Assembly: GCF_035594765.1 (NCBI RefSeq)
Contig: NC_085842.1
Coordinates: 83,986,782 to 84,050,781 of the forward strand
Length of the DNA stretch: 64,000 bases
Direction of reading: 5' to 3'
DNA from: Anolis carolinensis
Taxonomy: Eukaryota
The notes beneath the pieces are model-generated. The model saw nothing but the letters and a program-made list of their open reading frames with translations. It did not search any database and was not told where the DNA came from. This document shows positions 12,509 to 26,072 of this stretch, piece by piece (position 1 is the first letter of the stretch; every line of letters starts with the position of its first letter). A program made the position numbers and the translations under genes.

Positions 12509-13574
12509 CCTGTAGGGACCACACTAGATCCTTCGTTCACATATTTTACCTGAGTATACTATATATTTTTTAAAATGGCGCTCACTTGGGATGGTGAGCC
12601 ACAGCCAGGGAAAGACTGTCATATGGGGAAAAGGAAGCTTTTAAAACCCTTTGTCACTGGTGTAGGCACAATGGAAACAGCTCATCCGCCTGAAAGTAGA
12701 CAACATCCAAGGGGCCTTGACACACTTTGCTTTTCTCAAAAGCAGCATAACTCTCTATTCAATTTATATAAGATCAGCCAATAAGCTAGAAATGCTTATT
12801 GCTGAAAGATGGAGACTCTGAACTGATCTACAGGTGACAAAGATTGAAGGAAGGGGGAGCCTGACAATTCCTTTCAAGCATAGACGGCCAGATCCAGATT
12901 TTTCTTGTCCAGCTGTTCATTCCAGTGAAAACCACTTCCAAACCAAGGTTTTGGCTTTTGGGAAGATAACATTATAATCGGGAATGCAGTGGGAATGCCA
13001 TAGAACAGGTTTGTTCATTCAAATACTAGGTATTGCATTTTTGAAGGAATCATTCCTGGAAGTTACGAAATTAACAAGTGTAAAATGTATTATGAAGCAG
13101 AAAGGCTTGCTCTATATTAAAGGACTTGTTCTATATCAGAAATTGTGGATCCAGTTTGTATTTGTTGCAAAAATGATAGCTCAACTGTTATATGGAGCAG
13201 AAATCTCAGAATGGAAGTCAATTTAATTTCAAAATGATACAAAACAAATTTATGAAACAGATATTAGGGCCCCTTCCCTCCTCCCTCAGTGTCTTCAACA
13301 TCTCAGGTAGTCTAGATTGGACCCATTATAGATAATGGCTGTTATTAAACAGTCTGTCGGGCCATCCCCTTATTAAGCTTTGATGGCCAGGGCAATTGTG
13401 GATTAGAGGATGGGTACTGTTGCACCAAATCACATTAAAGAAACCCTTGAAAAACTTCTGAGCCTCAATCCCCAAGCTCCTAGAAATTCTACTGTCAGTG
13501 TACAATTTCCTACGTAGTATAATTTTGTGAAACCTTTATTGAATTGAGATTTCTAGTTACCTTAAAAAGAGATA

Positions 13575-13880
13575 CAGTAGAGTCTCACTTATCCAACATA
13601 AACGGGCCGGCAGAATGTTGGATAAGCAAATGTGTTGGATAATAAGGAGGGATTAAGGAAAAGCCTATTAAACATCAAATTAGGTTATGATTTTACAAAT
13701 TAAGCACCAAAACATCATGTTATACAACATTTGACAGAAAAAGTAGTTCAATATGCAGTAATGCTATGTAGTAATTACTGTATATATGAATTTAGCACCA
13801 AAATATCATGATGTATTGAAAACATTGACTACAAAAACGTGTTGGATAATCCAGAACGTTGGATAAGTGAGACTCTACTG
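13575..13880. mobile_element. Tc1/mariner (Tigger/pogo-like) MITE
   Basis: Perfect 23-bp TIRs CAGTAGAGTCTCACTTATCCAAC with TA TSD; partial copies at ~26480 and 53621-53675. Confidence 0.88.
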
Positions 13881-14379
13881 TACTTAGGAATACCTTACAC
13901 ATCGTAGAAATGCACTTATGTTTGTAGATTGAAAATATATCTCACTATTTTTATAATCAGATCCTAGAAAAAGATACTCTCTCCTATTTTACAGCTATAA
14001 CTTGTCTGTACACCTGAGAAATTGGCTCATAATTATTTATCTATTACATACTCTGTAATTCTGTTATTTGTGGCTGTTAAGAGACTGTGTTTTTGCATTA
14101 ATGATCATAATTCTCTAGTTATTGTTTAACTAATTAATTTTAATTTTATCCCGCCTTTTCCAATATTGGGACTTAAGGTGACTAACAACTGGCATTAAAA
14201 ATGGAGCTAATAAATTAAATATGAATATAAAGATTAAAAAACATTTTTTTGTGTCTGAAGTACAAAAATTAAAATACTATTGAAATACTATACTACTTTT
14301 AAAACTCTACTCCCCCTCCCCCTCATCTCACTCACATCAACTCTAGAAGCCAGCCTCATTATTCTGTATATGCCTGAAG

Positions 14380-14875
14380 GCAGAAGTATGTCTTGAGGGA
14401 CCGTATCTCCTTCTGCCAATCCACTCGAGTCCTGAGATCCTTAGGACAGGCCCTTCTCTTGGTCCCACAAACATCGCAGGTGGTGGCCCCATGGCTCTGG
14501 AACGCCCTCCCTAATGAGGCACAATTGGCCCCCTCCTTACTGGCCTTTCGTTCGCAAATTAAACCTTTATTTGGAGCCAGGCCTTCCCAGATGAATGACA
14601 ATAGGCATTGCCAGTCTGATAAATATTTTGATAATATTTGACAAATAACTTAAGTGGCCGGAGGTTATGGATATCTCTAAATGGTGCTTGTTGTAAGTTT
14701 TTTAATTGATTTATTTCATATCTTAATTGGGTTTTTGTATTGATTATGTATTGTGGTTGAATGTATTTGTATGAATTTTATATCATACGCTATATGCTGC
14801 TTTGAATCCCAACCATGGGAGAAAAGCAGGATAGAAATGAAATGAATGAATGAATGAATAAATAAATAAATAATA
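14380..14875 (+). mobile_element. L2 LINE 3' fragment
   Basis: RVLRS...ALLLVP...VAPWLWNALP, the L2 ORF2 C-terminal motif; ends in (TGAA)n(TAAA)n. Confidence 0.75.
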
Positions 14876-15340
14876 ATCTTCACCAGTCTGTGAAAGCCAG
14901 CAGAGATTCAAATTTGAGCATTGTTTTAGTATGTTCCCCTTATTTTATATTTTGCATAGGCTTTTGCTTGCACACAATAAACATATGTCTGCTTACTGTT
15001 ATAATAGCAACTACTCTTACCATGTTATTTACTTGAAGAAGATGATTATTTGGAGGATTGTTTATGTCAAACTGTAATTGTTGCCCAGTCCTGATTTTTT
15101 TTAAAAAAATCATGAGACAGCTCTTTGCTTACACCCTGTTCCAGAATCATGTGTTATGAAAAAGAGTTACCAGACCAAAGAGTTCATTTTGCATAGTTTG
15201 ATTATAGGTTCATTAGCATGATTCCAAGGGATTTTAAAGGACATCACAGAACTGGGACCTGAAATTTCCATTTCAGCTCAACACAATTTCTACTGACTGG
15301 AAGCCACTTTTATAGCCAGGACTGAAGGCAAGCAGGAGAT

Positions 15341-16246
15341 ATGTTCTCTCCCGCAACCATTGCCTTTGCGGTAGCTGCAGTTGTCTTTGCTCTCAGTGGA
15401 TTCCTCTCCAATGGCTTTATAGCTGCAGTAATACTCAGGGAATGGACCAAATCCAGGAGCCTTGCTTCCAATGAACAACTCCTTCTGAGCTTGGCTGCAT
15501 CCAATTTCTGGGCCACAGCATTGCTGAGTCCATTTTACATCAATGCCACCTTAAGGGATTACAGCATCAGCGAGATTTTCCTGTTGCCAGGACTCTACCT
15601 TCTTGCTACTTTTGTCATAATGTCCAGATTCTGGTTCACTGCCTGGCTATGCTTCTTCTATTGCATCAAGATAGTAAACAGCACCCACTTTCTCTTCCTC
15701 TGGTGCAAACTGAGGATACTGTGGCTAATACCCAGGTTTCTAGCAGGATCTCTGTTCTGCTCTTTTCTTTTTTCTTTGTTTGTGTTACAGATTACTTCCA
15801 GACAAGCCAAAAGCAACATAACAGTGAATATTACAAACACAACTGAAGTGAAGTCACTGAAGCATACAGTCAATACCTTTGAAGCCTTCTTTTTAGCTGT
15901 TGGTTCTGGTTGTCCTCTTCTTGTGGTTCTACTTTGCTCCATCCTAGTCGTTGCCTCACTTTGCAGGCATGTCTGCCGGATTGCAGGTAAAGACTCTCAT
16001 GGCAGGAATCTCCAAACCGAAGCTCACATCAAAGCAGCCTGGACAGTGCTCTCCCTCCTGCTCCTTTACGTATCATATTATGCAGCACAGACACTGTCTA
16101 TTGTTGTGACATTGGGAAAAGATGACGGGACCTTGGTGGCAATGGTGAGAATGGTGTACCCCTCTGCCCAGGCTTCCATCTTGATGCTGGTTAACCCCAA
16201 GCTAAAGCAAGCAGCTATGCAGATGCTTCAAAGAGCCAAGGTGTGA
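15341..16246 (+). CDS. TAS2R: Bitter taste receptor type 2 (intact, 301 aa)
   Basis: GFLSNGFI, EQLLLSLAASN, WFTAWLCFFYCIKIVN, SLCRH, QTEAHIKA, YPSAQASILMLVNPKLKQA. Confidence 0.93.
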   Translation: MFSPATIAFAVAAVVFALSGFLSNGFIAAVILREWTKSRSLASNEQLLLSLAASNFWATALLSPFYINATLRDYSISEIFLLPGLYLLATFVIMSRFWFTAWLCFFYCIKIVNSTHFLFLWCKLRILWLIPRFLAGSLFCSFLFSLFVLQITSRQAKSNITVNITNTTEVKSLKHTVNTFEAFFLAVGSGCPLLVVLLCSILVVASLCRHVCRIAGKDSHGRNLQTEAHIKAAWTVLSLLLLYVSYYAAQTLSIVVTLGKDDGTLVAMVRMVYPSAQASILMLVNPKLKQAAMQMLQRAKV

Positions 16247-17448
16247 TGTTCACCCAAAGATATATTCCTGGAATGATTAGATGGGAAAAAAATAACCGAT
16301 GTGGGGGTAGACATAGAGCAAAACTGTGGTACAGACACAGATTTTTGTAAAACTCTGGCCACTGTTCTTTGCAAAGGAAGGAAGATTTTAACTGGGAGAA
16401 ACTGAAGACTTGCTCAAAACGTTAGCATCAGAGAGTGGGGTGGGACAATGATTCCAATGGGAAACATAGCAACAACTAAAAATTAAATCCTTCTGTCACC
16501 TGCCTCAACTCTTCTCCAGTTCTGAGGTTCCTGTATCTGCAAAATACCTTTTAAATATAATGTACATGATGGGAGCCAGTGTGGTGTAGTGATTATGACT
16601 GTGAAAACCAGATTTCAATTCTCTGCTTCACACTGGGAATCCACCAGGAGACCTTGGGTGGGTCACACACATTCAGCATCCAGAAAATACAATGATAGTG
16701 TCATCTTATGTCAGAAATCTTTCTAACACATGCCTCATTTTCTCTCCCCATTTGACCCATGTGATTTTAGCCAACATCTATATTTCATTGCAAAATTATA
16801 AATGGGAAAATGGGTTAAAACTATGTATTCAAAATGTGTTTGTCATCAAACACCAGTCTTCCAGGAGGCATAAGACAAAGTTCCACATATCACCTTTGAT
16901 TTAATTTTGTGTAAACAACAACTTTGACAGAATGTTATCTATTCAAATTATTGTTAAAATGGAATTCTGTTTTATATGAATGCCATAATAAGATTAATTT
17001 GTAGCTTTATGTCTGTCAACCAAGGAACATTAAATCATACAAAAATGTATCATCAAATGATTTCAGATGATAGGAAATAAATCATGGTTAACTGAAAATA
17101 TCCTGACTGGGAATGCACTGACTCCATGCAGTTTGGGACTCAAGCTTATCAGAAAAATGAAAAAAATAATAACTAAAAATAACATTAAAATGCAGTCAAT
17201 ACTCATTTAGCACTGCCCCTGTCAAAAGAAACTTCTGTTTTATGCCCATCCAGACCCCTTTCCCGCTTTCTATTTGTCTCATTGGAATGGTTTTTAACAG
17301 GGTCAGTATTTAGAAGATGGTGAAGGAAGGTTGGAGAAACACAGAGTTTCATTGTTGGGTTGCAGTGCCATGTCTGCAGTTAGCAATACAATAAACACAT
17401 CTTGATCTGGGACAGAGCAGCAATCTGCTTTCATCAGTCTTTCTATAG

Positions 17449-17582
17449 CGCTGGTTCTCATTCTGAACCTAGCGTCCCCAAGTGTTTTGGTCTACAACTC
17501 CCAGAAATTCCAGCCAGATTACCACCTGTTTCTGCAAGTTGAAGGCCAAAACATCTGGGGACCCACAGATTGAGAACCACTG
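17449..17582. mobile_element. hAT (Charlie-like) MITE
   Basis: TIRs C(GC)TGGTTCTCA / TGAGAACCACTG; 8-bp TSD TTCTATAG on both sides. Confidence 0.8.
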
Positions 17583-18994
17583 TTCTATAGATGTGTTTTC
17601 TATAGATATGAGATCATTTTTATCTCCTTTTGATCTAGAGCTCCTGTGGTCTCTAGAAAATTTAATTTTTTGTTGTTTATTTATTTACCATATTTATATC
17701 CCGCCTTTCTCAACCCCTGGTGGGACTCAACCCCTGGGGAGACTGTTGCTTATTTATGCAAGGTTTTCCTAACCTGTTTTGTCCTTTTAACTTGTGCATT
17801 TTTGAGTTTAAATAAAAGGTTTGCATCTTATTCAAGTCGTCTTTTTTGTGGTTTAGGAACTTACCCCTATTTTTACAATGTTGCTTTCTTCCTTATCAAA
17901 GGAGATTATCACACTACAGTATTAAAATGCTGTTATTTCACTGTAACTGGTATGGCAGTCTCCTAGGGAATCCTATTTTTTAAAAAATCATGGTATACAG
18001 TCAGACTTTTTAGAAGGATCCAAAATACTTGCCAATTCCTTTGGAAAACAAGCATTTGTACCACATGTTAATGATAGACCACTATATTAACATCTGGAAG
18101 CTCACTGCTGTGTAATTCAGCCCCCAACAGAACATAAAGAATAACTCAGTAAGACCCAAGAGTTATATTCATAATAAATATTTTATGCAAAAGAACAGGA
18201 AAAAACCCACACAACTGAAGTTGACTTTTTAAAAAAAAGCTATCTCTCTAGAACAAGACATTGTGATCCTTCTATAGCCCAAATAATTGCCTTAAAATGT
18301 CCAAATGTAGTGATTTAGCTAGGACCACAGATAGAGACTCTATGCCTGGTGAGCATATGCTAAACCAGATAGGCCAGGACAGAGAAACCAATTCACCAGG
18401 TTGAAGACAAGTCAAAGAGGTTTAATATGATTTGGCAAAAAAGGATACAAGTACAAGCAATTTGCTTCAAAAGTTACAAGCATGAACATACAAAGAAATG
18501 CAAGACAGTAAAGCCTCCCTCTCATGACTGGCTAAGAAAAGGGCTTGCTAGGATCTGTGCTGGGATTGACTGGGAGCTTTGTTGATGCCACCAACTCCAG
18601 GCAGGATTTCCTTGGCAAGGAGAAAGGCAGCTGGGGATTGGTCTATGCAGGGAGCCAATCAGCTGCAGGGATGCCCCCTGGGAGGGCACAGTTCATGAGG
18701 AAACAATGACACAGATATACTGATGAGGTTTTGATTACCCTAAATGACCTGTTCCATGTGAGGGAAAGATATGAAATTCAGAAGACAAAGGTGCAAGACT
18801 TAAGAGACAAAGATGTTGATCTCAAGTTAAAAACCTGACGGTCCATAAAGAAAGTTAATGTATGCACATTTTCTACGCCCCTGTTTCCACAAGAGTAGCA
18901 GGCTCTCAGCCTCAGTTTAAATGGACAATCATCCTGAGCTTATTTGGCTGGTAAAGAGGATCATCTGTCTTTACATACATACAATGGTCTAGGT

Positions 18995-19410
18995 CAGGGG
19001 TCCTCAAATCTTTTCAGCTGTGGAGCCTTTTTGAAAGAAAAGCCCCAATAAATGTTTATATGCTATATGTTATATATAATATGTAATGTATCTATATCAG
19101 GCATGGGCAAATCTTTGGACACAGAGGTCGCATCACGTTTTAAAATTTTACAGACTGACTGGGCCAGTGGCAGATGGATGGAGAATGTTTATGTGAACTA
19201 ATTGGGAAAAAAAATGAACACATTCCTATGCATACTGCACATATCTCATTTGAAGTGAAAGAAAGAAAGAACACAATATTTAAAATGAAAAACAATATTA
19301 ACCAACATAAACTTAACAGAAGACCCCAGGGGCCGTCCAGTCCAACCCCCTTTTGCCATGCAGTAAAAGCACAAATGAAAGCACCCCCAATCCATGGCCA
19401 TCCAGCCTTT

Positions 19411-19443
<33 letters not shown>

Positions 19444-20110
19444 GTCTTCGTAGTCGTCATCGTCATCATCATCACCATCGGCGCAACACTGCGGCCAACC
19501 AATCTAACCCCCCTTCCAGCCATGCAGTAAAAGCACAAATCAAAGCACTCCCAACAGATGGCTATCCAGCCTTTGCAGTAGTAATAATAGTAACAGCATA
19601 AATTCCAGGGGCTATCCAGTCCAACTCTCTTCTGGAAGCGAGGACGGCACAGGGGAAAGAGTCTGCATGGCAAAGAAGGGAACAGAAGGGAAGGAATGAA
19701 GGAGAAGGGAAAAGAGCCCTTCCACAAAGGAACAGCCTCAGCATGTTCCAGTGCTCGATGGCTGTGCTGGCAGGGTCAAAGCATTGCTTCTCCATTGAGT
19801 TGTTGGTTGGCAAGGACCCAACACTGCCTGTGCTCTATAAGACCCTTTCTACTGTGCCAAGCAGCTTGCAGAGAGCCCCATCGCCACCCTTATGGGCCTG
19901 CCCCATGCCCCCTTCCTCCCCTGCCAACACCCCTTCTTTGCCACGCTGCTTTTGGTGGTGGTTAGGGGGCAACCAGCTGGGTGGTGCCTCCTTTGTCACT
20001 GCCGTGCTAGGAGGGGGAGGAGAAAGGGGGAAGGGGAGAGAAGCACAGAGCTCCTGACAGTGCTTCACGGAGCCCTAAGAGCTCCACGGAGAACAGTTTG
20101 AGAACCACTG
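18995..20110. mobile_element. Composite non-autonomous hAT (Charlie-type) element with internal microsatellites
   Basis: Termini CAGGGGTCCTCAAA / TTTGAGAACCACTG; 8-bp TSD GTCTAGGT/GTCTAGGC. Confidence 0.75.
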
Positions 20111-20299
20111 GTCTAGGCAGTTACCTGGCTTGGGAAATAGCTAGAGGGATTTGGCCAAGTACCTGTTTCCAAGGGATTGTGCAAATAGGGTTACCAGGAG
20201 GTGGGTGCATTCAGGATACAATTTCAAACATATAAGCAATAGTTCATACACTTAAACTGATACAGTGCACAGCTGGAAAGATACAAGTTATACAAAAAC

Positions 20300-20615
20300 C
20301 ATTAAATTGATAACAATATTATATTAGTGTTATATAATTAATAAAGATTTCTACAATATATTAATCTATATTATATTAATGTATAATAAAATAATATAAT
20401 AAAATGTTATATTATCTATTATGCAACATATGTCAATATTATTAATGTATAATTAATATATGATTTCTATAATACATTAATATTCTGTTATATTAATATA
20501 TAATAACATAATACTGTAAATAAAATGTTATCTATTATGTAATATATATCAATATTATATTATTATATTATTAATTTATAATATAAAATTTATATAATAT
20601 ATTAATGTTATAAAA
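20300..20615. repeat. AT-rich low-complexity tandem region
   Basis: Recurrent ATATTAAT/TATTATAT units, almost entirely A/T. Confidence 0.8.
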
Positions 20616-20998
20616 TCCTGGCTCTTCACACAGGCCTTTGGTTAAAGACTGTTCATCCCCATAATAATCATGTTCCTCAACCTTTTTTGCACTGGTCGCA
20701 CTTCTCCTGGTCAACTTGACATTAGCTCAGGGCTCCTCCCATCCCAAATTGACCTTAAAACAAATTTGCTGCACTTTAATTGTCATCTTGAGTTTACAAC
20801 TTATAAAGCACACTTTAGCTTATCTGTTACTGTAACCTCGCTGATTTTAATTCTATGTTTTATTAAGCGTGTTTAAATTTTATAATGTTTTTGTTTTTGT
20901 CTATTGATGTATTGTATATTGTTATTGTTTTTATTTGATATTTCTGTGAGCCGCCCCGAGTCCCCTTCGGGGGAGATGGAGGCGGGATATAAATAAAC

Positions 20999-21054
<56 letters not shown>

Positions 21055-21974
21055 TTATTAAAGGGTTAGACCCAATATAGTTTAAGGGGTACAGTTGCTC
21101 CTATGTCAATTCCCAATCATCTAAAGCTTCAAACTTGTGCAATTCCGGAGCCCTGGGAAAGGTCTTTTTAAGAAAAGGGGGAAAATCATGTATTTATTTG
21201 TGGTCTCTTATTGAACTATAAATCTTTTGGGGGGTTTACAGTGGCTCAATAATACAAACACAAAACTGTGATTGTTTATGTTAGCAATCTGGCTTTCAAT
21301 TTTTTATATAGTTGGAGGTCCATTACATAACCGATGTTTTGTCTTGAAGTACATTTATTAGGCAACCATAAGTAGTAATTCTGAATATTCTATTTTCAAA
21401 TGTGTGAGTTTCATCCTGTTCTTCATTATCTGCAGGAAACATGATATAATCCTGAATTCCATAAAAGAAGCTTCACTGAACCCAGTGGGCTTTACTTCTG
21501 AACAAACAAATGTAAGGTTTTACTCCACTGGGTTTTCTGTATGGCCATCCTTTTCTCATTAAATTTACATTTGTTCCAAAGAATCCAAACATTTTCCTAT
21601 GACATTATGTGTAGATGGATTTCTGTAATGTTCAGACATCTTTCTCTTCTCTCAGCCCTGTATGAGGAATCTTATTCTTATCCAAGAAAGCAAGTGGCCA
21701 AGGCACAGAGGTACTGCAAATATAATGTTTTTCAAGAATTAAATATATTTTATTTAAACTGACTGAACCATCAGCTGCAATAACAAGAATGCAAATCAAG
21801 GATAGGTACAGTTACCATCGTGCTATACCAAGGATACCTATTTGCATTTCACTTTCTATAGACATAAGTAAACAAATCTGTGTCTCTATTCAAACTAAAA
21901 GAATATCCTAATATAAGCAAATATAAGTTAAGATCACAATCTTTTACATGCTGGAACAGATTTGCCATATTCCT

Positions 21975-22203
21975 GGCTGTTAACCCCAGCTCCTGCCAAC
22001 CTAGCAGTTCGAAAACATGCAAATGTGAGTAGATCCGCTCCGGCGGGTAGGTAACGGTGCTCCATGCAGTCATGCCAGCTACATGACCTTGGAGATGTCT
22101 ATGGACAATGCCAGCTCTTCGGCCTAGAAATGGAGATGAGCACCAACCCCCAGAGTCGGTCACAACTGGACTTAACATCAGGGGAAACCTTTACCTTTAC
22201 CTA
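21975..22203 (+). mobile_element. Sauria SINE (5'-truncated)
   Basis: GCCAACCTAGCAGTTCGAAAAC core and a GGGGAAACCTTTACCTTTACCT tail. Confidence 0.85.
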
Positions 22204-22229
22204 CTATATAGTAATGTAAGTTTTCAACC

Positions 22230-24860
22230 TGTAAGAGAGAGTTCGGATTCCTCGTTACCTTAGGCCAGACACCTTTATGAGATGCACTCTTTCAACCTTG
22301 TCACACAGGACTGAAATCGGCGGCATGTGTTGATTGAGCCTGATGGCTCCCATCAGACGATGTACTATCAGCTCCTTGGGTGAAAGAGGGCTCATCATGA
22401 AATCGACCACGGACTTTGGGAAGTCTTCCCTAGAGAGGGGAGACTATATGATCCCAACAAGGAGGGATCGCTACTTTGGCGAGCCGGGGAAGCCCAACCT
22501 ATAGATCTGTTAATTTTCCTGAGGTGAAATGAAAGACTCAACCAAAGTTGAAGGAAATGCCACCGAGGTGATCTTTATTGCGATTCAGCTGAAAAGGATG
22601 CTAGCCGCGATAGTTCGTCAAGCTAAGCATATGGATACAGAGAAAAATGCCATTTTTATACAATTTTCAAAGTGAAGCCTCTTCAAATTTCCCACCCTCT
22701 TCCTCCCGCCCACTGGCCGCTGATTGGCCAGCGCGTCCCAGCTGGGAGGAGGCTTGGTCTCCCGCCTCACTCCAGGAACCAATCACGGGCTTTCTTCGTC
22801 TCCGCGGTAGCGAATCAGGAGGTAGCGAGGCAGGACAGGGAGAGACAATGTCCTGATAAATGAATCATGTGTAATCGGCTGTCAAATCGACCCCCCGAGG
22901 TGTTTGCCTACAAGGGGAGTCTAGAGTTATTGTCTTTTTGGATGGGACATTGATAGGATTATGTCCGGCTTTTCCTGTCTTCCTTGATTATTGCGGTGGA
23001 CGTGCAATATAGAACAGAAGTTTATGGTTGTGGGGGATTAAGAAGCTTTCCTAAGGCTCTTTTGGGTCCCCAAAACAAAATGACTAAGTCTTCCATGTGG
23101 AAATCCTCGCTGATGGACCAGCTCCGAAATCAGGAGGATTCCTTTGTCCTGTCCCATGCAAATGTACTTTGGGATTAACTTTGTATGATAAGCTGATTGC
23201 TCCCTTTCAATCGGCGGGGCGCTTCCTTCCAGGAAGGAGGAAAGAAAAAAAAGAGAAGCTGGATAGGTCAGAGTGAGGTCAGGCACAAGGAAAAGAGATA
23301 ATGGAATTTAGGAATATAGAGAATCATATTCTAGCCATTTCACCCCAAAATTACCGAAAAAAGTACTAAATATTAACATTTATAGCTTATTTTCCATTCC
23401 TACGCTAATAGCGCAAGGCGGGAGGCTATTTACGCAAAGAACGCAGTTTGACAATCAGCTGATGATCACAGAAAAAATGGTCAAAAATGATCTCCGATGG
23501 TTGTATTTTAAAGATTAGGTGATTCTAGCCATAAATATGAAAAGGGGTGATTCTTGGTGCAAAATTGAGTGAGTTATGAATGAAAGTGTATGCTGGGGGT
23601 AGGCAATTCGGCAGTATCGCGGTTCGTCTAATGACAGGGAGGGAATTCAGATTCCCTCCGGTTTTTAAAGGGAAGGGAAAACCCGGGTTTCTCTGTAATA
23701 AAATATATGTAAAGGGGAAATATATGAGTTTGGGGGTCTTTCAGGGAACCTATAGACCAAGTTACATTTGGCTAAACAGTTAATAAAGAATTGATCCCAA
23801 TATTTCATAAACATATAAGCATGCAGTTCATATAAAGGGGGAAATGAGAGAAATTAGAACATGAAGACATAGTGGAAAATCCGGATCTCTTGGCAGCAGG
23901 CTGGCAGTCTCCATGGGGTTAGAAGGAGGGTGAATCCCAGGCAAAGTCCTGTTCTGTGGGGGCCCCGGAGCTGGCCCTTGGTCCTTGGAGAACTAAAACT
24001 CCCTTCCAGGGTCGCAGCTTTGGGGAACCATGTCTGAAATCTCCAGCAGCGATCCCCAGGCGTGGATGAGGGAGAGCGGAGGCAGCGAGTTTCAATAATC
24101 AGCTGTTTGTCCCTTTAAATTTGGCTCTTAAAACAAAAAGGTTATTTTCTAAGCGCAGGAGCCTTTGGTGCAAAAAAGTGATCTAACAGTTAGTGTTAGG
24201 ATTTTAGTCAGGAAGAATATGCCACCTAAACGGAGCGTTTTTTGTTATTTTTTGGAAGAAAAGGGACACAGTGTATCAGAAAACAGGAATAAAGTTGCAA
24301 GTTAGGAAACATTTTATTAGGGGATTTGTTATAAGGTTGGGGTTAGGAAAGACCAGAGAAAGAGGCATTTATGGTGAGTTGCTGCTGCTGGAACACTTTC
24401 CCACTTCTCTTTATCCCATGTTGGTCTTATGGACCTGTGGAACTCCCCGCTGCAGGTCAGATCAATTTGAAGGCAGGGGTTTGGGGTTCCTTCGATGACA
24501 ATCACTGCAGCAACACAGAAAAATTCCTGTGTTGCCATTCACTTTAATGGGGGGAAGCTGTGCACACCACGCTCCCCCCATGGGATCAACAGCTGTAGAA
24601 GCCAGGCAATGCAGAGCAAGGAACAGCGGCTTCCCCACGTCCTGTGGTGAGGTGAGCCTTTTTTGGCGACCGTGTGAAGAGGCCATTAGTCTCATTTTAT
24701 GTGCACGCAGCAGCAGGCAAGACTGGGGAAGAACTGAGTAATGAAGTAGTAGTATAGCAATGGATCTGGTGATGGAACAAAATTCCCTTTTCACCACAAG
24801 ACTAGAAACACAGGCACATTCCTTACATAATTTGCTGCGCTTTTCAAAACCATTCCTACA
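22230..24860 (-). mobile_element. Putative ERV-like long LTR (3' LTR with adjacent PPT)
   Basis: Minus strand reads PPT AAAGGGGAGAG (24872-24862), then TGTAGG...; CCAAT (~22725), TATAAAA (~22660), AATAAA (~22579), ending ...CTTACA at 22230. No TSD found. Confidence 0.5.
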
Positions 24861-25544
24861 ACTCTCCCCTTTGAGCAACTTGATAGATCATGCAACATTC
24901 ACTGCAGCACAGTCATTTTTGACTCTATAACTACCATACCATAATAGTATAACAACTATCCTACTTTATTCACAGATTTATTTATTGTATAGTGAATAAA
25001 AATGATTAAAAAAGAAAACGGCAATAGGAACAATACACTGAGAACTATATGAAAGCGATTAAAGAGTGACAGATTCATTCAAAGAAGAACCATTTAAAGA
25101 TGAACCTGCAGTTTTAGAAAGAGAACTGGAAGCTGCCCTCTAGGCACTTGGGAGAAATAATTCACCAAATACGGCTATCGTTCCAGAGTAGCTGCCTTAA
25201 GTTACAGAGATAGAATCTATATTTATTTATTTACCCTATTTATACCCTGCCTTTCTCTACCCCGAAGGGGACTCAAGGCGGCTTACATATGGAAAGTATC
25301 AAATGCTTTAAAAACACATACAAAACATAAGCTAAAATACATTGAATTAAAAATTAATATATATTAAACATTAAAATTACATTCAATATTAAAATCACAC
25401 CATCTGAAAATCGTAGTATAAGGCCTTTCCGTAGTCATTACAGATATTCTACACTAATTAAATCTAAAACCCGTCAATAAATATAGAAAACAAAATAATG
25501 GCCCACTGACTGGAAACCCCAGCTGTGCATACAACTGAAACACC

Positions 25545-26072
25545 CTGCCAGACGACCATTCAGCCTCTGTTGAAAAACCTCTAGACAGGACGATTCCACC
25601 ACACTCCAAGGGAGCATAGTCCATTATCAAACAGCTCTTACTGTAATACACACTTCCCAGTGTTTAGGTGGAATTTATTTTCTTGCAGTTTGAATCCATT
25701 GCTCTGTCTTTACTTATGGAGGAGAAGAAAAGATACCGAAAGGATATCCTCAATAAGACATCCCTTCAAATATTTAAACATTGCTATCATGACCCCTCTT
25801 ATCTTTCTTTTCTCTGAGATCCCTAAATCATTCTCCATAGGATTTGGCTTCCAGGCCTTTTTACCATTTTGGTCACTCTGGACACATTCCAGGGTCTCAA
25901 TATCCTTCTAGAATTGTGATGGTCAGAACCAGACACAGTGGTGGTATCCTTACCTCATTATTCCAAGTGAGGTCTGATCAAACAGGGTAGATTGGTGCTA
26001 TTCCTTACCTTTAGGAAGACACTATAATCCTATTGATAGTCTAAAAGTGCATTGGTTTTTTGAGCTGCCATG
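25545..26072 (-). mobile_element. Old CR1 LINE fragment
   Basis: Degenerate reverse complement of the CR1 ORF2 C-terminal region (compare 48780-49270). Confidence 0.65.

Noticed and set aside
19140-20101. Cluster of 70-195 aa ORFs
   Set aside because: Lie within a composite hAT with microsatellites; low complexity with no domain motifs.
18307-20630. Possible minus-strand solo LTR interrupted by the hAT
   Set aside because: LTR-like composition, but I could not find matching termini or a TSD.
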